Positions 40,515 to 53,300 of a stretch of DNA of 64,000 nucleotides are shown here, one piece after another; position 1 is the stretch's first letter, and every line of letters begins with the position of its first letter. Source of the stretch: Podarcis gaigeae (Eukaryota); NCBI GenBank assembly GCA_964106915.2, contig OZ066923.1; one strand, written 5' to 3'. The notes beneath the pieces were generated by a model. It was not told where the DNA came from and did no database searches. It worked only from the letters and a program-made list of their open reading frames with translations. Made by a program: the position numbers and the translations under genes.

Positions 40515-41696
40515 CCGTATTTTTCCTTCTATAACACGCAGATTTTTTCTTCTAAAAAGGAAGGGGAAATGTCTGTGCGTGTTATAGAGCGAATGTGTGG
40601 TCCCTGGAGCCGAAAAATCATGCAAAAATCAAATCGCGGCGCTGCACGCTGCACGGAGAAGCGAAACCTGAAAAGAGGAAGCGGCTGCTTTCCTGCATTC
40701 TGCCTCAGGGTCTTACTGCCCACCCTCCTCTGTTTCGTTGCTGTGTTTGCTGAAACGGAACAAAGAGCAGGGAAAGCCCCTCCCCTCCAGGCAAGCTCCG
40801 GTGCTGCTGGGGGAGAGGGAGAGAGAGGGGGGAAGGGAGAGAGAGAGGGGGGAGGGAGGGAGGGAGGGAGGGAGAGAGAGAGAGAGAGAGATGGCTGGCT
40901 TGGGTGGGGGGAAACTTTTGCCTTTCTTTCCTCCCTCCCGTTAAATCCCTCTCCTGCATTCTTAGCCAGCTGCTTCTCTGCACACCCCTCTAATGTCCCT
41001 TCTTTGTTTTTCCTTCGCTCCCCACTTAAAATGTGGTTACAAAGCATGGATCCTCAGGATCTTTGCATTGGGTCACCCCAAATTCACCATCAGATCACAT
41101 AGCATGTCCATGGCTACAGCCTGCACCAAAAAAATCACGCACCCACTGTTGCCTGGGGCTGCAATGGTGCAAAAATGTGGTTAAAAAGCATGGATCCACA
41201 GGAATTCTCAGGATTTTGGCATTGGGTCACCCCAAATTCACCATCAGATCACATAGCATGTCCATGGCTACAGCCTGCCCCCCCAAAATCACGCACCCAC
41301 TGTTGCCTGGGGCTGCAATGGTGCAAAAATGTGGTTAAAAACCATGGATCCACATGGATCCTCAGGATCTTTGCATTGGGTCAGCCCAAATTCACCATCA
41401 GAGCACATAGCATGTCCATGGCTACAGCCTGCCCCCAAAAAATCACCCACCCACTGTTGCCTGGGGCTGCAATGGTGCAAAAACGTGGTTACAAACCATG
41501 GATGCACAGGAATTCTCAGGATTTTTGCATTGGGTCAGCCCAAATTCACCATCAGATCACATGTCTGTGGCCACAGCATGAAGCACAAAAATGATACATC
41601 CACTGTTTCATTCAGAATGTTTTTTCCCTTGTTTTCCTCCTCTAAAAACGATGTGCGTGTTATGGTCAGGTGCGTGTTATAGAGCGAAAAATACGG
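40515..41696. mobile_element. Non-autonomous Tc1/mariner(pogo)-type element with internal minisatellite
   Basis: TA|CCGTATTTTTC..GAAAAATACGG|TA. Confidence 0.87.
41028..41561. repeat. ~154-bp tandem repeat, about 3.5 copies
   Basis: Units start aaaa(t/c)gtggtta at ~41028, 41172, 41326 and 41480. Confidence 0.92.
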
Positions 41697-42044
41697 TACC
41701 TGTTGTTGAGATGGATTTTGGTGCTTGGTGGAGGCAGCCAGGGGAATTCCATTCTAGAGCTGTGTTTCTAGGGAATTCAAATTCCTTGAGGATTTCCCAA
41801 AATGAAGCAGAAATTCTTTAAGGATGTTAAACACACACACACTAGCACCTTGATGTTGCTGCAACGCTATTATCGCGTCAATGACATGCTGCAGAATATA
41901 CCTGCCTAAAAAACACTGTCCTGGGCATAGGCCCATGTTGTGCTGGAATCTACAACAGTAATGAAGGAAGAAGCAAGATTCTGTGGCCCTCTCCACTTTA
42001 GACTCAGGTTGTGCATACAGTATGTGTAAAGCTGAGCTGCCAAG

Positions 42045-42732
42045 TTTTGAGATCTTGGGGGAGAGCAGGAGAGCTGCTGACAGAAAGTTCCTTGGAGAGT
42101 ATACAACACTCACGCAGAATTCAAGAGTAAAAAGCCCAGCGACAATGGACTCCTGTGGGCTGTTGCTGGGGAAGGAAGAAGAGGGGTTTAGTGAGCATGG
42201 TCACAATGGCTTTTAGATACCAAGTTGTTTGCCGGGCAACGCATTTGCTGAATAAAAACCACAAAATATCAACTTTATTGCTTTTTCTTTGATCCTTGAA
42301 GCTGCTGGGAGAGGGGAGAATCCCTCCAGTCTGACAGGCAGTTGCAGAGACTTAAGGTCCCCCACCTTCCCAAGTCTTCTCCTCTCCAGGATTTTCCCCA
42401 AGCAATCTGAGACTGTGCCCGCGTGCCTGCCTTTGCTCCTCCCGCTTCATGCCTCTCCAGGATCTGAGAGACCAGGGGGAGATGGCAGCTTGCAGCAGCA
42501 CAGAGAGACACCCTGGCTTCTTCACCAGCCTGACTCATCTCTGCCTCTCGCCCCCCCCCCCTTCTCTCCAGCTTCTGCCACAGACTCTCCCTGCTCACTA
42601 AAAACTGTTACCTCTTCAGCTTCCGACATCTCTGCCTCCCAAGCTGCTCCCTCTTCTCCCTCATTGTCTTCCCTTGGGGGTTCCCCAGCTGGTGCCTCCA
42701 ACCATTTCTGTGTGCCCAAGCCGTCCATGACA
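42045..42732 (-). mobile_element. Probable solo LTR
   Basis: Starts TGTCATGGACGG on the minus strand, purine-rich interior, AATAAAGTTG at 42279; left boundary approximate; similar remnant starts at 38410. Confidence 0.55.
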
Positions 42733-44902
42733 CTTGGGCTGCAAAGGGATGCAGCTGGTAGGTGAAGAGGAGGCTGTGACTGTCCAGAAGCCTACCAGTG
42801 GGGAAGAGAATGGAACGCTGGAGGTGAATCATGCGCCAAGAGTTGGAGGGGGAAAGCACCTTGGAAAAAAGCAAACTACAAGCTGGAGGCAAATAGGTGC
42901 TGCTGACAGATTGTGTCACTCCATGTGTGTCAACTGTGCAGGAGGAGATGTAAGAAGCAGATCAGAAGAAGTTTTATTTGCATCAGCCACTAGCCATAGC
43001 AATAAAATAAAATACAATGTACTGAAGAGGTAAAGGCTTAACTATACAAAATATATTATAGAGGTTTACATCAATGATCAAGTAATAGATCTTATTCTAA
43101 TTGCCCAGCTATTTTTTATTTTTTTTTGCAGTTTTTGCTGTCACCTGGTTACTTTGATCTGCCAGAAGACACAGTAGCAATGGTTGAACAACCTGGTATG
43201 GATTGTAGTAGAGGGGTAATAACCTCACTCCTCAAATCTTTATAAAGAGTACAGTCAAGCAGTACATGAGCTACAGATTTTAATCTCCCTCTGGATATCA
43301 AGGGGAAATTGCTTTTAACAAAATGGTGTAACAATAACCTGTAATAATTCATAAAATAAATTTGTAGCCCAATGTTCTGCAGTGTTTTCCAGTTCCTTTC
43401 TGAACCCAATTTAATATGCTAGCCTTAAATGGTTTGAGCTGATCTGTTTGATGGACCTCTTGCACCCATACATCTGCCTACATGTACACTTAATAGAATT
43501 ATACGTAATATAACTGTACATTTTTAATTATTTTAAGTTTCTCTGCATGGGCTGTACCAGGAAAACCAGTCTATAAATATTTTTTTTAAAAATTAATGAA
43601 ATTTTTAAATAAATAAAATAATAAAATAAACATTATGCATTTAAAATTATTTTGGCTGTTCCAAAGATTTTGACATCAAGGGAGGTCGTTTTAATAAACA
43701 AAGGCAGCTTCATGCAGAAGTTTTCATCTAGATGTCTCTGCAATCTTCCATATTGTAAAATTACAATTTTTAATAGCATTCTAACAAGCAATTATCTCAG
43801 GGTTTACTAATTCTCCACAGCACATGGCAGGGGAGGGGAAATCAAGGGAAGCCTATATTGTAACACACACTTAGCCATCATTACAGGGGGCGACTGAAGG
43901 ATGAAATCCTACTGGCCATGTCCAAACTGCATGATGCATATATTTTTGCATGCTGACAAAAGCAAGGAACTTACAATGACCACAATGAATAAGTAAGCCT
44001 GGGAACAGCACAATGAAATTGTGTATCACACAATTCTACAAAACGATTACATAATCTTTATGGTGGTATGCTAAGGCAGAAGTTTATCTTCCTCAAGGAA
44101 CAATGTCATGATGGGCATTTTTGAGCCATAGCAATCAAAACACATCAATGTGGAAAACTGCACCTGGGGGTTGGGGCGGGCGGGCAAGCCAGGTGGGCAA
44201 GCTCAGTCCTCAGCCCAATGCCATGTGGGTGGCAAGGAGCTAAAATTGGGCAGCAGAGATACTAGGGCATGGCTTGATCCTGCCCACCACCAGTAGGCAC
44301 TGCCTGACTCCTGAGGGAATGAGGTCCTCCTTGAGCTAAAAAAATAGGAACCCAAAAGGTCCAAACCAAATGCTTAAAAATAAATTGAATATGGTACTTT
44401 GAAAAATGCATATACACACACTACATTTTTGTACAAAATATATATTTATTCTTCCTACACATTAGTTAGTGTAACTATTTACAAACAGTAGAAACTGGCA
44501 AAGAGGAAAGGTTGAAGAGCAAGCTCTGTAAGTCGAAAAACAAAAATTTAACAACAAAGCAAATGAACAGATACTGCACCTCTCACTAAGGAAAAACACT
44601 GTCCTATTAAACTGAATAAAGCTAGTTCCAGAGATGATTTGCCCCAACAAAGAAGATGATACATGAACCATCATAAATGATCCCAATAGTCATTACCTGA
44701 AGTTCACAGTGCCAAATGTGCATTAGGATGTCCGTTTGAACCCTTAAAATTTTTTGTTCACTCATCCAACAAGTTCACAATTAGGTGGGACAGAAGAGAA
44801 TCAGTTTTTTCATACTATCCTTTTCTTAATATTACAGTATTAGTTATTTTGTTTCATTTTGCTATCTACCTAAACATTAAGGGGGCCCAACAGAACCACC
44901 AC

Positions 44903-44958
<56 letters not shown>
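44903..44958. repeat. (TAT)n microsatellite
   Basis: Direct reading. Confidence 0.97.
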
Positions 44959-44961
<3 letters not shown>

Positions 44962-45542
44962 CCACCACCTTTGCTTGTTCCAAGGCTGTTTACACAGAAG
45001 TCAAATTCAGGAGGCTTGTGGGTGTTTCCACAGGATCAAACAAGGTTCTTTCAATACCCTGTACCTCTGGGAAGCAACTCACTTTGCAAGATGGACACTG
45101 TGAGAATGTACTGGGTTATGGGGAAGCCAAGAGGTCAATAGTTCTCTTTAAAAGCTCTCCTGCCAAATCTTGTTGCTTCAGGTCATCCATTCACACCCTT
45201 TAAAAAAATTATTGCTTATCAAGGGGGGGGGGCAAATAATATATTCAAGGGGCTGGAGGTTGCTTAGAGACGTTTATTCTTACTCTACATTTTGAGCCAT
45301 GTTTAGCTTTGTCAGCAACCTTTTACACATGCTCCATATACAGCTACGTACGTACATGATTTTAGTATTTTCTTTAAAAAGGAGAGGGGGAACAACAACA
45401 CTGTCACTTTCACTTCTATTTCTGGACAGGCAAGGAAGTGCGCAGGCACTGGGCACTACATCTTGGGGCTCCCCTGGCATGGGAAGTGCCCCGGCCTCCT
45501 TGCTGGCCCTAACTTCTGTTGCCACTAGACAGCAGTGTTGTA

Positions 45543-46634
45543 TTTAATTCAGTAACACTTCTGACAAAGTCCCCCATTATATTCTTGTGGAGACACTGGT
45601 AAAATGTGGACTGGATGAGGGAACTGTTAGGTGGATTTGCAGCTGGTTGACTGACCAAACCCTGAGAGTGCTCACTAATGGTTCCTTGTCATCCGGGGAA
45701 ATAGTGACAGGTGGGGTGACGACACAGGGGTCTGTCCTGGGCCCCTTGTTGTTCAATGTCTTTATTAACAACTTGGACGAAGGAATTGAGGGGATACCCA
45801 TCAAATCTGCAGATGACACCAAACATGGAGGGGTAGTTAATGCTGCAGGTGACAAGATCTGGATTCAATATAAGAGATTGTAAAACTGGGCCAAGACTAA
45901 CAAAATGAATTTCAATAGGGACAGATGCAAGGTGCTGCACTTAGGCAGGAAGAACCAGCTGCACAAATAGAAGATGGAGGACACCTGGATTGCTAGTAAT
46001 ACATGTGAAAAGGATCTAGGGATCTTAATTGACCGCAAGTGTATCATGAGTCAACAGCAGCAAAAAAAAAAAAAGCTAATCATCTTCTAGATTGCATCAA
46101 CAAAAGTCTAGTGTCACCATCAAGGGATGTAACACTCCCACTCTATTCTGCCTTGGTCAGACCACACCAGGAGTACTGTGTCCAGATTGGGGCACAATTT
46201 AAGGAGAATATTGGCAAGTGGGAACATGTGCAAAGGAAGGTGCCCAAGGGTCTTGAAACCAAGCCTTATGAAGAACGGTTGATGGAGTTGGGTATGTTTA
46301 GCCTGGGACAGAGGAGACTGAGAGGAGATCTGATTACCATATTTAAATATCTCAAGGGCTGTCACATGGGAGATGGCGCAAGCTTGTTTTCTCCTGCTCC
46401 AGAGGGGAGGACCCAAACCAATGGATTCAAACTGCAAGAAAGGAGATTCTGACTGAACATCAGGAAAGGGTTTCTGACAGTAAGAGCTGTTCAACAGTGG
46501 AACAGACTTCCTGGGGAGTTTGGTGGACTCTCCTTCCTTGGAGAGGTTGGATAGCCACCTGTCATGCATGCTTTAGCTGAGGTTCCTGCATTGCAGGATG
46601 TTGGGCAAGATGATCCATGGGGTCCCTTCCAACT
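45543..46634 (+). mobile_element. CR1 LINE, 5'-truncated, decayed reverse transcriptase
   Basis: DKVPH..RWICSWL..QGSVLGPLLFNVFIN..ADDTK..LYSALVRPH..LRGDLI; stops and frameshifts; CR1 tail. Confidence 0.93.
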
Positions 46635-48420
46635 CTTCTTCTTTCTTTGGCGATCACTCGTAATGCTGGTGGTCAACAAAAGAGGTTTAAAGACTGTCCA
46701 ACTCGATGATTCTAACAAAAATAGTGAGGCTGGAAAAAGTTACATCCAATGGCAAATGTCCTGTCATTTTCTAGAGATTAAATAACCCTTTCATATATGT
46801 ACTGCAACTTTATATGGGTGATCAGTGCAACTCATACATTAATGCTGTTATAATACACTACAAGTAAGACCTCTAGTGGCTATTGGGCATAACTACTCAC
46901 AATTTCTCTCCCTAGAATTATTTCCCTGGTATGTTTCACAAGTTACAAATTTAGCAGTTCTGTCACTCTATGCAGTATACTTGCAGTATAATCCATAAGG
47001 TGGAAAAGGCAAATATTATACAGGTACTGCATATAACATATTATAAATGACCCCCAAAACACTGATTACACATGGCCTCACCAATTGCTAGTACATTACT
47101 GATGCACGTATCTATTTCATGAATGTGTGAAGGTGTCTTCACATACAGACTTATACAGTACATTACATACAAAAAAAAAAAATCTAATCTTACTATTCTC
47201 AGTGGAGCAATCATATTTAAAGTAAAGACTTTAGAATTTTAAAATAAACTGCTATTTAGTATAGGCAGTAGTTGTTTTTTTTAAAGTTCAAATTTGTAGG
47301 TGTTTATCTGCATGTTCAAGTTTAAATTACTTTATGGCAGGGGACCTGTACTCCACATTTTCAGGACTCTCACTATGTGAAAAAAATGCACTTCAGTGGC
47401 ACAGTGTGCTAGAACATCCACACATAGCATAATCATAGCATTTGCATGTATTCAAAATGGACAGTCTGTATTGTATAATACATTGTATTGTATAATACAG
47501 AGCCTAGAACAGGAATACTAATGGCCAATGCTACAATCTTGTACAGTTACCTGTAAGTAAGTCCCACTGAACTCAGCCCCCTGAAAAAACAAACAAACAA
47601 TTCTAGTATATCTATATTTTCTTCAAGGCTTGGGTACTTTGGGTATTGTCAGATATGATTTCCATATTATGCATTAAAGATACACGGGTGCTCAAGAGCT
47701 ACTCCAAAGGTGACAAGTGCATTTTAGTATATTACTGAAAGATCATTGGCTTCCCTGCTCAAAATTTGTGTGTGTGTGATGTTTTCTATCACTACTGCAA
47801 ACACTAGAAAATAATATACCAAATTTTGTTATTTTAAGTCTTTCCTGTAGCAGTTTTACACTGGAACAACGCACAATTTCATTATCAATATGAATGACTG
47901 TTCACTTTGTAAGAAACTTCCATTTCTTGTTTCTTGATCCCTGGGTTCAAACAATCCAACAGCAAAATAAAATATCTTAAGGACTTGAGCTCCTCCAGGA
48001 ATGGACATAAAAAGTCTAGTTCTAATACAGTACTCAAGTACAGTACTGCTACCCAAGTAGCAGTAATAAATTAGGAACAAGGAAAACACATATAAATAGA
48101 CAGGAATATTTCAGAACAAAATCTCTATGCCCATTTTACAGTCGATTCTCTTTTAAAATTTTTTTGTAAAAATATAACTGTTTTAAGATTCCGGTCAACA
48201 AGTGTATCAGTAACAAAATTGAGGTCCTGTGTCATTTTTAAAAAATTACATGTTTTCAACATATGCAGCCAAAATGACTGAGAATAAGGCCAAAGTCATT
48301 TTAAAATATAGATATTGTAAATTTGAATTAAAGTCTTACAAGGTACTAGTACAGTACTAGAGAACAGATCATTATTTTTGTGCATCAAAGTAGCTTCAAT
48401 TCCTTCTTAGCTGTGTAATA

Positions 48421-48554
48421 CTAAAGAGTCCATTGCATGTCACTGAGCTCTGCTGGATTGCCCAGACCTCCTTCAGCTTCCAAGTAATTCATAAGAGCAG
48501 CCATTGCAGTGTCATTTTCACAAACTGCATCAAAATCCAGTTGAGAAGCATCAC
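48421..48554 (-). CDS. ARNTL2: BMAL2 terminal coding exon, transactivation domain (SDASQLDFDAVCENDTAMAALMNYLEAEGGLGNPAELSDMQWTL*)
   Basis: tttttttcttag acceptor; TAG at 48423-48421. Confidence 0.97.
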
Positions 48555-50242
48555 CTAAGAAAAAAACAAAAAATGTCATCACTTTATGCAAAAATCAGCC
48601 CCTGTAATTCATTGTTTACTCTGAAACAAACAACATCCTTTTGGCACAAATAACTTTACACATCACATCTGTATTTCCTTGTACAAGATAGCCAAGACTG
48701 CGATACAAAGAATGAAAACACAATTGTACTGACCAGCAGCTGCTCTCCAGGAGTTCCCAACCCTACCTGGCTTAACCAGAGGTCTTCTGCAGCCAAAGCA
48801 GCCCCCTCCACCTCTCAACTGCAGCTCTTTGCCTTTGACTAGAGAGCTTAACTCCACCACCTGGTAAATTGCTGCTTAATGTTCCTTAAGGGGGTGGTTC
48901 AAAATGCCCTGCTGAGAATGATTCTGACTAGCTTGAATTTATGTTACCAGAAAAAGGAAACCTTAAAATATTAACAGATTTCTAATGAGTGTTTTCTTTA
49001 AAAGCCCTATCACTTTTGCATTGAAAAAGAGGTATCTTAACACACATTAAAAATGTACATATTAAATGTAGGCTTTATTCAGTTCTGTTAAAATAACAAC
49101 TTTTATTTTAAAAACATCCTGAGGATTTATGTTTTATGCTTAAACAGCTTAAGACGTTTATTGGGAGCAGGCATTCCTGATTTACCTTCATTCTTTACTG
49201 AAACATTGTTTCAAAACAGAATGAAGTTTGAGATGAGTCAATTTACAGAAATAAAAGCACTATGGACAAAATGCAAAGTATCAGGTATGAGTATCATATT
49301 GCCCTTGGTGGCAGTGGTGAACCAATATTTGTGAGCTGCATTTCTAAGCTGACTGGGCTTGCTCAATGAAAAATTTCAGTTTCCTTCCTTTTTTTTTGGT
49401 GTGGATCACCTGCATCCACAGGTGACATCTATTTCTTTTAACCTAAGGATTCTATGCTGGTAATCTCAAATTGGTAGGAACTAAACACCCTCAGTTACAC
49501 AATCTACTTTTGCAGAGACTTACAAATACTTCATTAAGAGGAAATAAACAGAAGGGAAGCTTACTGAGAAGAGGTTCATTGCTGGGGAGTGGAACAGTGC
49601 CCTGGTGTTGCCCTGAGTTTTCCACATCTAATATTCCTGAAGGACACAGCTGAAGAATGTCTCTCTTTGGCACCTGAGCACACACAAAAATGGTGACAAT
49701 AGCCAGAAATCAACAAAAATGATACTACAGAAATCAAATACTTTTCAATGCTGATTCTTAGGGATACACTGTCGAAATTAGATGGCTTTGTTTACAAGTG
49801 ATGCAGGAGCAGGGAACTGGCAGCCCACAGTCCAGATCTGGCCCATTATGGCAGGCACGTGAGAACAATCGGAAGTGATGTTTTGTCCAGCTCTGCCTTC
49901 ACAGACAACTCAAAGGAAAATTAAAAAACCAGCAGGAAATCTGTGAGATCTGTAAAGGAGGAACGTGTGCTATGTGTCTGCTTACATGTGACAATGTTGA
50001 AGAGTGTGTTATATGTGTGCATGCTGGTGCATATACATGAGTGTGGACTGGACTTGTCCCCTTCAGCTACACCCACTTTGGCCCTGCCTACATGTGGCTC
50101 CTGAACGGTTGGCTATGAGGGAATGCAGCCCTCTAGGGAAAAAAGATTTCCCATCCTTGATGTAATGAATAACAGCTGCAACAATTCTGTATTTGCAATG
50201 CCCTCTAAAATAGATTTTGGCCTTTAGTACAATAAAACCATC

Positions 50243-50305
<63 letters not shown>

Positions 50306-53300
50306 ATTTTGTGCTGAAAATACAGCTTGACAAAGTATGACAACAGGCCCCTAACTGAACTGCTTCAGAGGATACTTACCAAGAAGTAATAGTTGCTCCT
50401 ATCCAGGTAGTTTATAGTCATAGAAGTTGGAGGGAATCCCTAGGGTCATCTAGTCCAACCCCCTGCAATGTAACTCTTTTGCCCAACAAGGGGCTTGAAT
50501 CCACAACCCTGAGATTAACGGTCTCAAGCACTACTGACTCAGCTATCCTACAGTCGGAAGCTTTCAGGCTCCCAAAAGGAAAGAGTTGTTGCAGTTTGAA
50601 AACAGCATAGTTGGTTACAGAAATTTTGCTATAATATGAAATAACAGTGGCCTCCTTCACATGCTCCATGAGGTCATGTGTGGAGCCAAAGATGAGGACT
50701 ATGCTATGTGTGTTGAGGATGGACATCAGAAGAGCCCCCACCAGGAGCAATTTCCCCACACATATGGGGCCTCACGTGGTCAGGGCCTCTCGTGTAGAAC
50801 CTTTACACATTAGCAGCTGCACTACACATAGGAGATCTTCAGACATGATGCTGGGGGTGGGACAAGAGGCTTGGCACTCCTCCTTGCTCTATACACAGAT
50901 TCTCTTCATGTGAGTAACATGTTTAGAGGGCTAGTAAGAAAGATCAAATCAAGTTGCTGGGATATTAGAAAGCCTTTCTTAGAGGCCAGTGGCTTATGGA
51001 TACTCACATCACTACCGTCTACTGGGGAAGAAGACTTCCTCATCAGATCTGATGGACTTAACTCACCAGAAGGTGGAGATGTATGAAACCTAGATAAAAA
51101 CAAAAGATGACATTTAATCCTCCTCACAAAGTATTTGGCAAACACAACCAATCTGGCCTCTAAAACACTTGATATTATTTATTAACTAGTGCTGCTGTAT
51201 CAGAAACATTAGCAACATTTGCCCTTTAAGATCTCCACCCCTTCCCTCCAAGGTCTTAGACCTCCATCTCTGGAGGAACTTGATCATATTCAATCCTATA
51301 AAAGAGTCCTAAAATTCAGACTAAATGATCAAGTGACTGTGTTGTTTAAAACTATAGGCTAAGCTGATTAAGTGATTCTTTATTTTTATTTTTTTTAAAA
51401 TCATATTTATTGAAATTTCCAAAAAGTCCAAAACATGAAAAAACAAAAGAGAAAAGGAAAGAAAAAAGCATTTAAGGCCTTACTTTCATTAACATCTTTC
51501 CAGGACTTCCCCACCCCTCCCCCTCTTGTATTCCATTTCCATTAGATTAGTTCCACAAGTTCTTACCCAAAATTTTAAACTTATTATATTTAGCCCATTA
51601 TTCAATTTAGTTCATCTTATATAACCACTTTCCCTTTATATTCCACCGTCTTTCAACATTAAATTCCCCCCCCCCCAAGGTCGACCCCAGTTCCCTTCCA
51701 CCAATTCCCCTTTTTAATACACACAGCAAAACGAAATAAAGAAATAAAAAAAAATCAGAATATAATTTTACACCCTTTGGATTCCAAATCTCCCTCCCCC
51801 CTTTCCCGGTTTCGATCCCCAATGTCCATCAATCTATCTATCTGCTATCAGCCTGGAGACCTCACGTCCATGTCCAAATCTCTCTCAGCTCCACTTTGCC
51901 GGCTTTTTTTGGTAATCTTTAGTTTCAAACACCCAATCTTGGAGAAGCTCTATCTCAAGAAAGTCCATTTTTCTTCCATCCAGACCTCTATATTTAAGAG
52001 TAAAACTCGAATTCTGTTTCTTAATCCTTTTAAGTCTGAATGTCCCAAATGCTCCAACTTCCAGCTTAGTCCAATTCTTGTTTTCCTTTATCTCCTCCCT
52101 GACAGGCCTTTGGTCTTCCTTGGTCTTCTACGATAATATGGCTCCTCTTTCATTCTCTTCCAGATCATCATAAATCCCTTGTTCTCTTTCCTCACTTTTC
52201 TCAGGTTTCTTTTCCTGTTCCGCTGCAAAAACATTCTAATTCAAAAAATTCTAGTTCCTCTACAGAGGCTTTATTTGTTCAGGAACAAAAACTTGCGTCA
52301 AGTCCCTTCCATTCTTCAATAGATATGTCTATTGTCTCCTTTAGTGTTGAAACCTCTGTAGACAAAATAATGTTTCGTTTTTGCAGCTTTCCCAGGAGAT
52401 AAAAAGTCCTGTTCAATTCCATGAGTATTTTTCCACTTACAACCATTCTTGCAATGTCCCAAAACCCCCTCTAGAGGGATTATGGTAACTTAGTTTCCTT
52501 CCAGATCACACCCAAAAGTCAAGCTAACTTGTTATCCCTTGTTTTCAACAATTTATATCCAAATTGTAACAAATCTAACCAGCAAAGTCATCATAACAAA
52601 GTTCTCTTTTTATTCTCCAACTTTGACAGCTACTTTGACAGCTGTCAAAATCTCTATATCTCTTCACCAGGCTCTCTCACGGATCACTCCCGGTTCCCGG
52701 GGGGTTGCACTTTAGCTCTCACAATCCACTCTTCTCCTCCAGCACAGTTACTTGTGATTTCCCATCGTGAAATTAATAACTTTTATCAATAAAAAAACGG
52801 ACTCTTCTCTCGACCTTATTTGTCAAATCCTTGCTTTAAATCATCTATAATAGGGGGGAGACGGACTTCCTTTTTGCACCTCCCCCGCTCGTACCGAATC
52901 CAATTCTCCCCCCCCCCCTTTTAGGTCCGATTTCCAAATTACTCACGGGTTATTATTTTTAGTCCAAATTTTCAAAAGAAGAAGTCAGCGCTCTCCGTCA
53001 AATGGCATGCGGCTTCGCTCGGCAGGGGAAGCAGAAGACTCATAGCACCGCACCCCCCGTCCCCCGCTCCGGAGCCTTTAAAAAGGCTCCTTTGCAGGTC
53101 GGGGGGGCGCAAACGGTGCCCGCCAAGTCACCAGGTCCATGGGCTTCTGCGCCCATGGTTTTTGAGGGTCCCCGCGTCGCCGGCGCGGCGGGATCCAACC
53201 CCTGCCGAGCAGACTCCCTCCGGAGCTCGGAGGGAGTCCACCATTCAGCGATGGCGCCAACCCAGAAGTTCCTGATTAAGTGATTCTTTAATTCTGCAAA

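Larger units (their letters stand above)
44420..48420 (-). other. ARNTL2: Probable ARNTL2 3' UTR ending near AATAAA at 44450-44445
   Basis: AT-rich sequence after the stop. On the minus strand: TGTAAATA (Pumilio element, 44483-44476), then AATAAA, then a U/GU-rich tract. Another AATAAA exists at 45278-45273, so the end point is inferred. Confidence 0.5.

Noticed and set aside
41028-41561. Regular repeats resembling a CRISPR array
   Set aside because: Contiguous 154-bp units with no unique spacers, in eukaryotic DNA
42522-42728. Glu-rich ORF as a possible SMCO2 exon
   Set aside because: Lies within a probable solo LTR and has no splice sites
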